64,000 nt of DNA. Source: a virus. Location of the stretch: IMG/VR virus record IMGVR_UViG_3300017986_004441, positions 17,285 to 81,284 of that record; one strand, given 5' to 3'. This document shows positions 38,912 through 47,912 of the stretch, piece after piece. The translations under genes were made by a program, and so were the position numbers. Numbering within the stretch: the first letter of the stretch is position 1; the number at the start of each line of letters is the position of its first letter. The notes beneath the pieces were generated by a model, which was not told the DNA's origin, made no database searches, and saw only the letters and a program-made list of their open reading frames with translations.

Positions 38912-39645
38912 GATAGCACCTCTTTAAGAATTTTATCTACTTCTAATGATTGGTTATAAATATCTATTTCTCTATTATCTATGATGTAATCGAATTTATT
39001 CCAGTCATACTTGTCTTCGTCTAAAATTTGCTCACTAATATGAGATGAATTATATATATTTCTAGTTAATCTGACTACAACACCATTGTTTTTCTGAATA
39101 CATTCTACCTCGTTTGGAAATCTACAATCTGTAATGATAGCTATTTGAGGTTGATCTCTGTGTATTTTGGCTATCATAGCATCAGTCCATACGCTTTGCT
39201 TGATAGATCTAAGCATATCTGTGCCAATATACTGCATGACTTCTCTCGCTGTCATTTGTGTCTTTTTATCGGGCCAATAACAATCGACTAATTCATTTTT
39301 TTTATCATCAGCACCATAGCATTGATCATGTGTTAGGCCTAATATGTTCATGCAAATATCTTGTTTCAGAGGGTCTGCAAAGCTATATAGTTTGATATAT
39401 GGACCTAAGGTGTTAAGACATTTTGTAATAATATAGTCATTGCTATTAGTTGTACAGGGATTGAAGAGACCTGCATATTCTTTTTTGTTATATAGGTCCG
39501 ATACTACTATTTCGCCATTTTCGTTAAGATTTATCTTTTTTGCTATGTTCAGATTTCCCAAATACTTAGAGTATATAAAATTAGCACAGGTATTTTTGCC
39601 AGATTGTTTTTTTCCAGAAAATGCTATAATTTTTGTATTATTCAT
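38908..39645 (-). CDS. Deoxynucleoside monophosphate kinase (T4 gp1-like)
   Basis: 'IIAFSGKKQSGKNT', 'SFADPLK', 'AREVMQYIGTD', 'ITDCRFPNE'. Confidence 0.88.
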   Translation of the reverse strand: MNNTKIIAFSGKKQSGKNTCANFIYSKYLGNLNIAKKINLNENGEIVVSDLYNKKEYAGLFNPCTTNSNDYIITKCLNTLGPYIKLYSFADPLKQDICMNILGLTHDQCYGADDKKNELVDCYWPDKKTQMTAREVMQYIGTDMLRSIKQSVWTDAMIAKIHRDQPQIAIITDCRFPNEVECIQKNNGVVVRLTRNIYNSSHISEQILDEDKYDWNKFDYIIDNREIDIYNQSLEVDKILKEVLS

Positions 39646-40783
39646 GAATCAGTTGGGGTTTGATGGTTTGTTGAACTTGTTCGATTGTCATGCTGGCTAT
39701 ATCGGGATATTGTATTTTTATCTCGTGTACATTATATGTTCTTTCACATTTTTTTCTAATCATAGCCGCAGCTTTTCTTCCGGCTTCGTCATTGTCCATT
39801 ATAGTAAATATCGTCATAGCCCCAGAAGAATCTATAATCATTTTTTGAATATCAGCTAATGACGAACCGAATATGGCTACACTATTATGTATACCTGCTT
39901 CTTCCAGTCTCCATACATTGCCTGGACTTTCTACTAAAATAATACTATGACTATTCTTTATATGGTCTTTGGCAAACCAAAAATTATATAAGTGATTCTG
40001 TGTTTTAAAGCCACTATTATGTTTCCATTTAGAATATAGATATTTCTTGTCTTCTGATGGACAGCTACTTGAATTATGATAGCAATTACATCTATCACAT
40101 CTGTCATTTGTGGCCCTTCCCGTACAACCAACCATAAATTTATGGTTTTGATCATATACTGGAACAACAGCCCTATTGGTCATCGGCTTATTTGCATTTT
40201 GACAATCTCCAATATCGTATTTCTCTAGAATCTCTTGGCTGAATCCTCTATTTAGAAAATAGGCAGAAGGGATGTTAAGAGAGTTGACAATTTGGCTTCT
40301 TGGTAATTTATTTATATCGTCTTTGCGTATATTTTGTACATACCTAACAGCATTTACGAATGTGGTCTTCTCTTTTTGTTTATTGGATACTTTAATGTCT
40401 TTTAATTTATTGCCAAGAAAGTTTTCTACAAAAGATATGGTTTCTTTGAATGTGCAAATTTTGTCCTGGTTATTGTACCATTCATATTTCATATTCGATA
40501 AACAGCCTCTCACAAAACCAAGTATTGATGGCTTAAAGATTTCTTCGCAATTATGAGTCCTGCATTTCCAGTTGCCTCGATAGCTATCTCCTACATAGTA
40601 AAGATTAAGAGCGGATGGATTATCTCCTTGATGTATAGGACAATTCATTGCTATCATCTTATCAGATAGTTTATACTCAGAAATATTTAATATTTCCAAT
40701 AGTTCTTCTATATTATCGCAAAGGCTGTCAGATAAAATCTTAAGCTTATGCTGATCATACGAATTCGATTTTGTTGCTTTCAT
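39638..40783 (-). CDS. DNA primase (Zn finger + TOPRIM)
   Basis: 'CPIH..DNPS...WKC', 'YFLNRG', 'VGCTGR', 'ILVESPGNV', 'MDNDEAGRKA'. Confidence 0.88.
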   Translation of the reverse strand: MKATKSNSYDQHKLKILSDSLCDNIEELLEILNISEYKLSDKMIAMNCPIHQGDNPSALNLYYVGDSYRGNWKCRTHNCEEIFKPSILGFVRGCLSNMKYEWYNNQDKICTFKETISFVENFLGNKLKDIKVSNKQKEKTTFVNAVRYVQNIRKDDINKLPRSQIVNSLNIPSAYFLNRGFSQEILEKYDIGDCQNANKPMTNRAVVPVYDQNHKFMVGCTGRATNDRCDRCNCYHNSSSCPSEDKKYLYSKWKHNSGFKTQNHLYNFWFAKDHIKNSHSIILVESPGNVWRLEEAGIHNSVAIFGSSLADIQKMIIDSSGAMTIFTIMDNDEAGRKAAAMIRKKCERTYNVHEIKIQYPDIASMTIEQVQQTIKPQLIHE

Positions 40784-42221
40784 TGTTATCATCAATTATA
40801 AACCCATCCTGCCTGTTTGTCAAACCTCCACCAGCCATTAATTCTAATCGTGTCTGTCCTTCTGTGATTTTAGCACACCAGCCCTTCATGTGACAATTTA
40901 TATAGTCATTATCATCCAATCCTCCTCCATGTCTGCTAATAACAGGCAATAATTTTCTATTGCCATTATCTGGTCCATCTTCTGCAATTTCCTCGTCTGT
41001 CTTTCTTTTAAAGATGGTAAAATTACTACATAGCCATATAATTCTATCAGAACCACTAGCAGTATCTGTACTTTCTTTCGTAATTCCGTCTCTATTTAAT
41101 TGAACAAAAGCTACGATAGGTATCCCATATTGGCATGCAAAATTATGTAATGAAGTCATCATAAATCCCAAAACCTGATATTCTTTAAGGTCTTGACTCA
41201 TGCCAGCACTATCCATTAATTTTAGATAATCATAAAACACAACACAGTCTTTCGCCTTGCCGTCTGGCAGCAAACCCACTTCTTTGACTATCCATCTTCT
41301 CATAATAGCTAACTGCTCTTCGAATGGTTTGCCCGCTATGCTTTTATGATAAAAGGGAATTTCAGACATTTTTTTAGAGCTGTCATAGATTTTTTTCTTT
41401 AAGTTTGGTGAATCTGCAAATTTTCCTGTTTCTATGCTTTGCATATCTATTTCGGTGGACATTGCCAAAAGTCTATGGATATGGTCCTCTTTAGTCATTT
41501 CGGTATCCATATTAAGTACTGGTATATTTAATTCATTGGCGATATAATATCCCATATTATCAGATAGTAATGTTTTGCCGGTTTTGGGTCTGGCGGCAAT
41601 AACGTTGATAGTATTTTTTCTAAGTCCTCCCCCTATAGCTTTATCAAACACAGGAAAACCAGTAGAGATACCAATTTGCTCTACCTTGTTATTTTCCAGA
41701 TAATCTATATATCCTTCAATATCTTTTCCTATTGCTTCCGGGCCAGATTCATTATCATTAAGCTTAGAAGAGAAATCAAATATAGAATCTTCAGCAATAC
41801 CAAGGATGGAGGTAATTGTCTCATTACCACTAATATCCAAGATCTTATCTTGGGTCTGTTTTAAGTTGGCATGAAGATCTCTCGCTATTTCTAGTTTTTT
41901 TATCTTCGCAGCAAATTTTCTCGCATTAATCTTTTCTACAGGAAAATCCTTGATTGCTTTGATGTGTTGGGCTTCTGTTTTATTGTTAATTAAGTGGGAG
42001 AGTCCAAGTTCGTGAGATGCAGAAAATACAGAAGCGATATCTATAGATGAACAAGCCCCTTGTTCACAAACATGCTTTAAGCATTGATACAAATATTGAT
42101 TACTATCAACAGTAAATGTTGTTTCTTTTATAATATCCGACACCTCAAGGTACACACTGTCCCCATATTGCATGATTGAGCTTAGAACAGCTCTTTCTGC
42201 AGCCGTATCGCACAGTATCAT
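40755..42221 (-). CDS. dnaB: Replicative DNA helicase
   Basis: 'AERAVL', 'TGFPVFD..GG', 'ARPKTGKT', 'DYLKLM', 'QLNR', 'SRHG'. Confidence 0.92.
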   Translation of the reverse strand: MILCDTAAERAVLSSIMQYGDSVYLEVSDIIKETTFTVDSNQYLYQCLKHVCEQGACSSIDIASVFSASHELGLSHLINNKTEAQHIKAIKDFPVEKINARKFAAKIKKLEIARDLHANLKQTQDKILDISGNETITSILGIAEDSIFDFSSKLNDNESGPEAIGKDIEGYIDYLENNKVEQIGISTGFPVFDKAIGGGLRKNTINVIAARPKTGKTLLSDNMGYYIANELNIPVLNMDTEMTKEDHIHRLLAMSTEIDMQSIETGKFADSPNLKKKIYDSSKKMSEIPFYHKSIAGKPFEEQLAIMRRWIVKEVGLLPDGKAKDCVVFYDYLKLMDSAGMSQDLKEYQVLGFMMTSLHNFACQYGIPIVAFVQLNRDGITKESTDTASGSDRIIWLCSNFTIFKRKTDEEIAEDGPDNGNRKLLPVISRHGGGLDDNDYINCHMKGWCAKITEGQTRLELMAGGGLTNRQDGFIIDDNNESNKIEFV

Positions 42222-42586
42222 TACGAAGACCCCTTTGAACAACAGTTATTGCATTTATATCGGTTTGCACTATCTACTAATAGTCTTTTGCTGACTGTTT
42301 CTTTTTTTCCACAGATGCAGCACTGCACATCTATTATAGTGCTTGGTCTAGATCTGGCTGTTGGTGGATATGAAGAAAGTTTTTTATCTATTGCACTATC
42401 TGATCTATGCATCTGTGCCTCTGGCATGCTATCAAATAAATTGGGTCTTGTAGAAGTTTGTTTCGCATCTTTATTTGTGATAGGATTAGTAATAGTATCG
42501 GATTCTGTTTTTTGCTCAGATTGATCTATTACATTAATCATCGCCATCATCAATTCTTTTAATTTTTGTGTATCTATGTCAGCCAT
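42221..42586 (-). CDS. Small Zn-finger protein
   Basis: 'CCICGK...YKCNNC'. Confidence 0.6.
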   Translation of the reverse strand: MADIDTQKLKELMMAMINVIDQSEQKTESDTITNPITNKDAKQTSTRPNLFDSMPEAQMHRSDSAIDKKLSSYPPTARSRPSTIIDVQCCICGKKETVSKRLLVDSANRYKCNNCCSKGSS

Positions 42587-43064
42587 TTTTAATTTTATTC
42601 CTTTGAATAGAGATAATGATATCTGATAAATTTTTTATATTATTGGCTAAATATGAAAGCCTATCCATTCTTTGTTTGGCGTATCTTTTGATTGTGTTAA
42701 GAGCATAAGCCTTTTCGTTGTGCTTAATTGCCTGGAGAGATTTTTCTACATACCCATATCCTTTATAGTTATTGATTTCATCAGCAATAACCTCTTTTAT
42801 TTTTTCGTCTGACCAATTATATCTTGCTATTTCTCTATTTAATGTTCTTTGAATATGAAAACCAAATTGAGATAATCTATAAGCGATTTCTCCACAATCG
42901 TCTGGAGTTAATTTTTCTAGCATTGAACGATTCATGGTAAGATATTCATTCAGCTCCTCTGACGGCATGGAGTCTTCTGCATAAGAAGGCATGCCCATAC
43001 TGGATTCATATTCGTCTAATATAGTATCCCAATACTGTAGTTCTTCTTTACTATTTCTATTCAT
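42579..43064 (-). CDS. Helical protein, possibly a UvsY-like recombination mediator
   Basis: All-helical 161 aa between recA and dnaB; weak resemblance only. Confidence 0.35.
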   Translation of the reverse strand: MNRNSKEELQYWDTILDEYESSMGMPSYAEDSMPSEELNEYLTMNRSMLEKLTPDDCGEIAYRLSQFGFHIQRTLNREIARYNWSDEKIKEVIADEINNYKGYGYVEKSLQAIKHNEKAYALNTIKRYAKQRMDRLSYLANNIKNLSDIIISIQRNKIKNG

Positions 43065-43464
43065 TGGTCAGTCTTTCTTTCCAATCTTCTAATCCTTCAT
43101 TATACGGAAGTTCTATATATCTAATATTATTTTTTTCACACCAGTATTTTTTATCTCTGTCTCTTTTTTTGTGTTTCATAAACCCCAACGAGGTTTGGTG
43201 GTAGAATTGTACAAATTTATAATGTTGTTCGCCATGAACCTCTATGCATGTTTCATTAAGTGGTAGATAAAAATCTAAAAACAATGTTTCATTTTTTCTA
43301 ACTGGTATTGGAACCTCTTCTAAGACTTGCAAAGTAGGAAATATTTCTTTTATTAAAGATCTTGCCGTCAGATGTAGAGAAGATTTATTTATCGCTCTAC
43401 CTTTGGCTATATGGCCCTTGAGAGACCACCTCTGAACATTATCATCCAAATCAACAATATTCAT
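43057..43464 (-). CDS. Vsr/DUF559-like PD-(D/E)xK endonuclease
   Basis: 'LDFYLP...IEVHGEQHY...RDRDKKYWC..NNIRYIELPY'. Confidence 0.75.
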   Translation of the reverse strand: MNIVDLDDNVQRWSLKGHIAKGRAINKSSLHLTARSLIKEIFPTLQVLEEVPIPVRKNETLFLDFYLPLNETCIEVHGEQHYKFVQFYHQTSLGFMKHKKRDRDKKYWCEKNNIRYIELPYNEGLEDWKERLTNE

Positions 43465-44480
43465 TCGCTGATTCCCATCATTTCTTTAACAGAAGCCCAC
43501 AGACTTTCATATATGTCTGGGTTTTGACTAATAAAATCCCTTGCCTTTTCGGCTCCCTGAAACTTTGGAGTATCTTTCACATTTGTAAATGTATACCAAG
43601 CTCCGCCCTTATCTATTAATCCAAGATCTGTGGCTAAATTAAATAGCTCCATCTCTTTATCTACGCCGACGCCATAGCGAATATAGCTTGTTATTTTAGC
43701 TCCAGGCGGACCTAATGCAGAGCATATTACTTGCCACTCAATTGTTTGTCCTATCTGGGTTTCTTCTTTGCCGACATTCCACGCTTTAAAATACGTAGCT
43801 TTTAATTTGACATCTGTCTGATAGGCTATTGCCTGCCCTGATTTTTCTTTCCATTCACTACTGCCGTATCCTGGGTTGCCCATCAGATGGGTGATACCTA
43901 TAACTATATTCTTATTAACGGGAATAACATTAGCAACTTTTCTGCAAAATTTTGCTAACAGTTTTGCACCATCGGCTCTTTGCATCTTACTCATGTCTGA
44001 TGTGATTTCAGATTCTGTACATAACGCTGAATAAGAATCGATAATTAAGACAGAACCAGGTACTTCATTGATAATTCTTTCAGCGATTTGAAGATATTCC
44101 TCCGCATGTAATATCTTACCTGTTTTTGATCCTATGATATGAAATCTGTCTAAATTAAGTCCATTGATACCAGACAAGTCTCTTTTTTTAAGTCTACCTT
44201 CTATGTTTAGATAGTACACTTCTCTGCCGTCAGCAAAATCTCCGTATGCGTATTTTTCCTGTTGTGCTAATGCCGCTATGTACAAAGAAGTAGTAGTCTT
44301 GCCGCATTTGGGCTGACCGGTAAAAATCACAAAACTACCTTCTGGAATTCCTCCATTAAGAGCGATATCTAACGATGGGCTTACCGAAATATTCAAAACC
44401 TTCTTGTCAATAACAGAATTACCAGAAAGTATAATGTCGTCACCAAAATTTTTCTTAATATCAGTCTTGATACTCATCAT
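43461..44480 (-). CDS. recA: RecA/UvsX-like recombinase
   Basis: 'SPSLDIALNGGIPEG', Walker A 'GQPKCGKTT', 'IIDSYSAL', 'IDKGGAWY', 'FQG'. Confidence 0.92.
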   Translation of the reverse strand: MMSIKTDIKKNFGDDIILSGNSVIDKKVLNISVSPSLDIALNGGIPEGSFVIFTGQPKCGKTTTSLYIAALAQQEKYAYGDFADGREVYYLNIEGRLKKRDLSGINGLNLDRFHIIGSKTGKILHAEEYLQIAERIINEVPGSVLIIDSYSALCTESEITSDMSKMQRADGAKLLAKFCRKVANVIPVNKNIVIGITHLMGNPGYGSSEWKEKSGQAIAYQTDVKLKATYFKAWNVGKEETQIGQTIEWQVICSALGPPGAKITSYIRYGVGVDKEMELFNLATDLGLIDKGGAWYTFTNVKDTPKFQGAEKARDFISQNPDIYESLWASVKEMMGISE

Positions 44481-44880
44481 CTATTTCCTTAAGTGTTGAT
44501 AATATATTTTCTTGCTTTTTGTTTTTTCTAAAAGACGTAGGCTTTTTCCTGTCTATTGGTTTAGACAGATGTGTATTTTTCGATGCTATAATGCGTTCTT
44601 CCGTTTCTATGATCTTAATCAAAAATGGTGATCTTAATGAATACGTATTTTTTGTTTTAGGGTTATTCAGAGCTGCCACAATTGCCTTGGCTGAATATAT
44701 CTTTAACAGTTTGTGGGCAGAGGCTATTTGACTCCGATAAAACTTTTCCCAATAACTACTCACCCAAAATCTATAATGTAAATCCTTTTTTTCCCTGATT
44801 GCCTTGTGTTCACATATCATCTCTGTGATATACTGAGCATCAGACACTTTTTTCCCATTAGAATATTTAGAAATATACAT
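44461..44880 (-). CDS. Hypothetical phage protein
   Basis: Basic ~139 aa ORF tightly packed in the operon. Confidence 0.55.
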   Translation of the reverse strand: MYISKYSNGKKVSDAQYITEMICEHKAIREKKDLHYRFWVSSYWEKFYRSQIASAHKLLKIYSAKAIVAALNNPKTKNTYSLRSPFLIKIIETEERIIASKNTHLSKPIDRKKPTSFRKNKKQENILSTLKEIDDEYQD

Positions 44881-44882
44881 CT

Positions 44883-45200
44883 TTAACCATTTGGTCGATG
44901 GATACAATCGTCTGTAACTCTAGAGTTTTTATGTTTGTGTGATTGTATACTCATTGATGCTTCACCAGTCATAACGGTTACGGAAGCGTTGTTGGCGGTT
45001 TTAGAAGAAAGCATCTTCTGGACCGCTGGTTTTTGAGCCGTAGAAACTTTGTCTTTGTTAGATGTGGAGCCATATTTCTCTATCACAGACTCTACTTGTT
45101 TAGTTGTCAGCTTTAATTCTGTGGCGATATTCTCTATTGTTTTTTCTTCATGATTAAGCCACCTAATAGCATATGTTTGCGCTTTGCTGATTCTTGCCAT
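44883..45200 (-). CDS. Helix-turn-helix protein
   Basis: 'KTIENIATELKLTTKQVESVI'. Confidence 0.5.
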   Translation of the reverse strand: MARISKAQTYAIRWLNHEEKTIENIATELKLTTKQVESVIEKYGSTSNKDKVSTAQKPAVQKMLSSKTANNASVTVMTGEASMSIQSHKHKNSRVTDDCIHRPNG

Positions 45201-45577
45201 TATGTTAATTCCCTTTCAGTATTTAATAGCCATGCCTTATTATTTGTGTTCAAATACTTGATATAGTGACCAAAAGCCTTTTGTCCAACTTCTACAAATT
45301 TATATCCCGATCTGTATGAGCTTGCTGTTTTATGGGGGTGTGCTATTTGGTCGTTGGGGTCAAACGGCTTGCCATACCTATCGCACTTTATCATAAGTCT
45401 ATATGTAGAGTCGTCCCGATATATTTTTTTAGCAGCCACGTCTTGATCGTCATGCTTGCGTCTTAGATTACTGTTGGCATCTACAAAATCTTCTTTGCCT
45501 TTATGTGTATAATACTCGTTGTCTGTCTGCCGATTGCTATTTTGATGTGTTTTAGCTTCAACCACAAAATCATTCAT
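45200..45577 (-). CDS. Hypothetical phage protein, paralogue of 46210-46593
   Basis: Shares 'YYT..GKED..D' and 'V....F..YI.(Y/F)L.T.N' with 46210-46593. Confidence 0.6.
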   Translation of the reverse strand: MNDFVVEAKTHQNSNRQTDNEYYTHKGKEDFVDANSNLRRKHDDQDVAAKKIYRDDSTYRLMIKCDRYGKPFDPNDQIAHPHKTASSYRSGYKFVEVGQKAFGHYIKYLNTNNKAWLLNTERELT

Positions 45578-45881
45578 TAGGCATCTCCTTTGCTGCATTG
45601 ATTAATGACTGCTCAAAATGTTTTAAAAAATTTAGCATATACTCTTCAGGATCTTGGCCAGGAGGTACGGGCATATGAAAATTTCTTTTATGTATCAATT
45701 TAGATCCCACATTTTCACGCTTTTCATTCTGCTCCATAATGTTTGATTCAACAGAAAAGATGATTTCATGAGGACAATCTATTAATTTTCTGGGAGATGT
45801 ATTCAGTTCTGCATATCCAAGCATTTCCTCTTTAAATTTTGGATCGTCCAATAGTTCTTTCACTGTTTTTTCTATGTCCAT
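45570..45881 (-). CDS. Hypothetical protein
   Basis: 103 aa ORF overlapping both neighbours. Confidence 0.55.
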   Translation of the reverse strand: MDIEKTVKELLDDPKFKEEMLGYAELNTSPRKLIDCPHEIIFSVESNIMEQNEKRENVGSKLIHKRNFHMPVPPGQDPEEYMLNFLKHFEQSLINAAKEMPNE

Positions 45882-46210
45882 TTGGTTTTACTTCCTCTCT
45901 TTATCCTTGACATACCGGTGGGAAGTTCCTGCTGACCCCCTTTGTATTCATTGTGTTTTTTGTATAAATAATTTTTTTCATCATTACTCATACGATCACG
46001 GTTCCTATTTGCTAAATCTCCCAGCTTAATATCTGAATCAGACTTAACTACACTACCAAACATATTGCCAAGATCCGTAGAGTAATCCCTATCAATATCT
46101 TTAGTTTGGCATTTTGTACATTTGATCTGTTTGGAATCATACTCTTTATATGTGGCCACAATAGAAAATTTATTACCACAATTATTACACACAAACGAAT
46201 ATTCAGGCAT
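45872..46210 (-). CDS. FmdB-family zinc-ribbon protein
   Basis: 'MPEYSFVCNNCGNKF...CTKCQ'. Confidence 0.8.
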   Translation of the reverse strand: MPEYSFVCNNCGNKFSIVATYKEYDSKQIKCTKCQTKDIDRDYSTDLGNMFGSVVKSDSDIKLGDLANRNRDRMSNDEKNYLYKKHNEYKGGQQELPTGMSRIKRGSKTKWT

Positions 46211-46593
46211 TATGCTTTTAAGTCCCTATTTATATCTGCTAGAACTTTTTCGTTACCGGTCTTTAGAAATCCTATATATTTATTGAATATGTATTGATTG
46301 ACCTGTTTCATTGTATGCGATTTGCTATTTTTGCAAATTCTGTCTACAAACGTTGCTTTGGGACATGATTTTGATAATGGATTATAGGCTTGTCGTTGAC
46401 AATTTATGGCTATATAATATTTATATCCAATATTATCAACCCCCAAAGAACTTGCGGCCGTCATGCTTCTGGGCTTTTTCTCACAAATACTTTGAGCATA
46501 TATATGTGTACTGTCACTGCCTACTGTAGGGAATCCACTACTATCAAAACCGTCTTCTTTTCCTGTGATAGTATAGTATTTATTTTCTTTCAT
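46210..46593 (-). CDS. Hypothetical phage protein, paralogue of 45200-45577
   Basis: 'NKYYTITGKEDGFD...VNQYIFNKYIGFLKTGNEK'. Confidence 0.6.
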   Translation of the reverse strand: MKENKYYTITGKEDGFDSSGFPTVGSDSTHIYAQSICEKKPRSMTAASSLGVDNIGYKYYIAINCQRQAYNPLSKSCPKATFVDRICKNSKSHTMKQVNQYIFNKYIGFLKTGNEKVLADINRDLKA

Positions 46594-47170
46594 ATTCATA
46601 ATGCTTGTTAATGTATTTAGTCCATATCTCCATCGCTTCTGATCTTATATTAGTCAATTCGTCGTACCATGGCAAGTATTTGTATGAAAATTTTGGCATA
46701 TGAGGCTCATTGAGCAGTGACATGTTTGCCTCTTTTGGTGTTTTGTTGGCCTTTTTAGCATTGCATTTTATACAAGCTGTTGTGACATTGGTCCAGCTTG
46801 TTGCCTTTTTATGATCAGAAAATCTAGATTTGGGTATAATGTGATCATATGTCAATTGTGATCTATTTAAATGCTTGCCACAATATTGACACATAAAATT
46901 ATCTCTAGTAAATAAATTTTTTCTAGACAATTTAATATTAACAGAGCCAAAGCATTTTAGATATTGTGTTGTTCTAGCTACTGCAGGAACTTTAATCTTT
47001 TTATTGTTGGCACATAGAATATAGTCGTCATAGTGTTCTAAGACATGAATACCATATCTTATATCATTATGGTATTTTATATTCCAGAGCACTGCTCTTC
47101 TCCAATCTATTATTCTTATTGGTGTAAAATCACAATTTAATAATAGGCATTTATTATGATCTATTGTCAT
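46580..47170 (-). CDS. HNH endonuclease (McrA/HNH_5-like)
   Basis: 'LLLNCDFTP', 'SRKNLFTRDNFMCQYCG', 'TYDHIIPKS', 'NVTTACIKCNAKK'. Confidence 0.92.
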   Translation of the reverse strand: MTIDHNKCLLLNCDFTPIRIIDWRRAVLWNIKYHNDIRYGIHVLEHYDDYILCANNKKIKVPAVARTTQYLKCFGSVNIKLSRKNLFTRDNFMCQYCGKHLNRSQLTYDHIIPKSRFSDHKKATSWTNVTTACIKCNAKKANKTPKEANMSLLNEPHMPKFSYKYLPWYDELTNIRSEAMEIWTKYINKHYEYERK

Positions 47171-47891
47171 ATTCTTCTAGTCTGTCTATAATATCTGCTA
47201 TAATTGGATTTCTCACAATATCGGAAGCCTCTAAACGAGCAATGCCGATTCCACTTATTCCTTCAAGTACATTGATCAGTTTTATAAATCCTCCCTGAAG
47301 GGGTCTTTGCAAGTCAGATTGCGCAACATCTCCCGTTAATATCATTTTACTATCAATGCCTATTCTTGTCAATAGCATTTTTAGCTGATCATAAGAGGCA
47401 TTTTGACACTCATCAGCTACCACAAAAGCATTATGAAAACTTCTGCCTCGCATCAGTCCGAGAGGAACAACCTCAATTCTTCTACCGACTTTTAGCTTAG
47501 TGTAATGCTGCATTTGTAAAAAATAGTTGATTTCATCGTATAGTGGTAATAAATATGGATGCAGTTTTTCTTCTGCTGTTCCGGGCAAAAATCCAAGTCT
47601 TTCCCCGGCTTCTACAACAGGACGAGTAATTACTATTTTTTCTACCTTATCTTCAATTAGATATTCCAGTGCCATACCTATAGCTATGTGGGTTTTACCG
47701 CTACCTGGAACGCCCTGGCAGAAGGTTATGTCATTTTCTGCTACCGTCCTGATATAATCTTTCTGATTAATAGATCTTGGCTTAAGCCTATTTTTAAATC
47801 CTACAATAATATCTTCAGGAGCAACAAAACCATCTTTTGTGTTATTAATAAGAACAGGTTTTGTAGCACGATTTTTATTTTTTTTTCTCAA
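47154..47891 (-). CDS. phoH: PhoH-family ATPase
   Basis: 'GVPGSGKT', 'TRPVVEAGERLGFLPG', 'MRGRSF', 'DECQN', 'TGDVAQSD', 'DIVRN'. Confidence 0.95.
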   Translation of the reverse strand: MRKKNKNRATKPVLINNTKDGFVAPEDIIVGFKNRLKPRSINQKDYIRTVAENDITFCQGVPGSGKTHIAIGMALEYLIEDKVEKIVITRPVVEAGERLGFLPGTAEEKLHPYLLPLYDEINYFLQMQHYTKLKVGRRIEVVPLGLMRGRSFHNAFVVADECQNASYDQLKMLLTRIGIDSKMILTGDVAQSDLQRPLQGGFIKLINVLEGISGIGIARLEASDIVRNPIIADIIDRLEEYDNRS

Positions 47892-47912
47892 TGTAATGCC
47901 TCTAGGAGTAAA

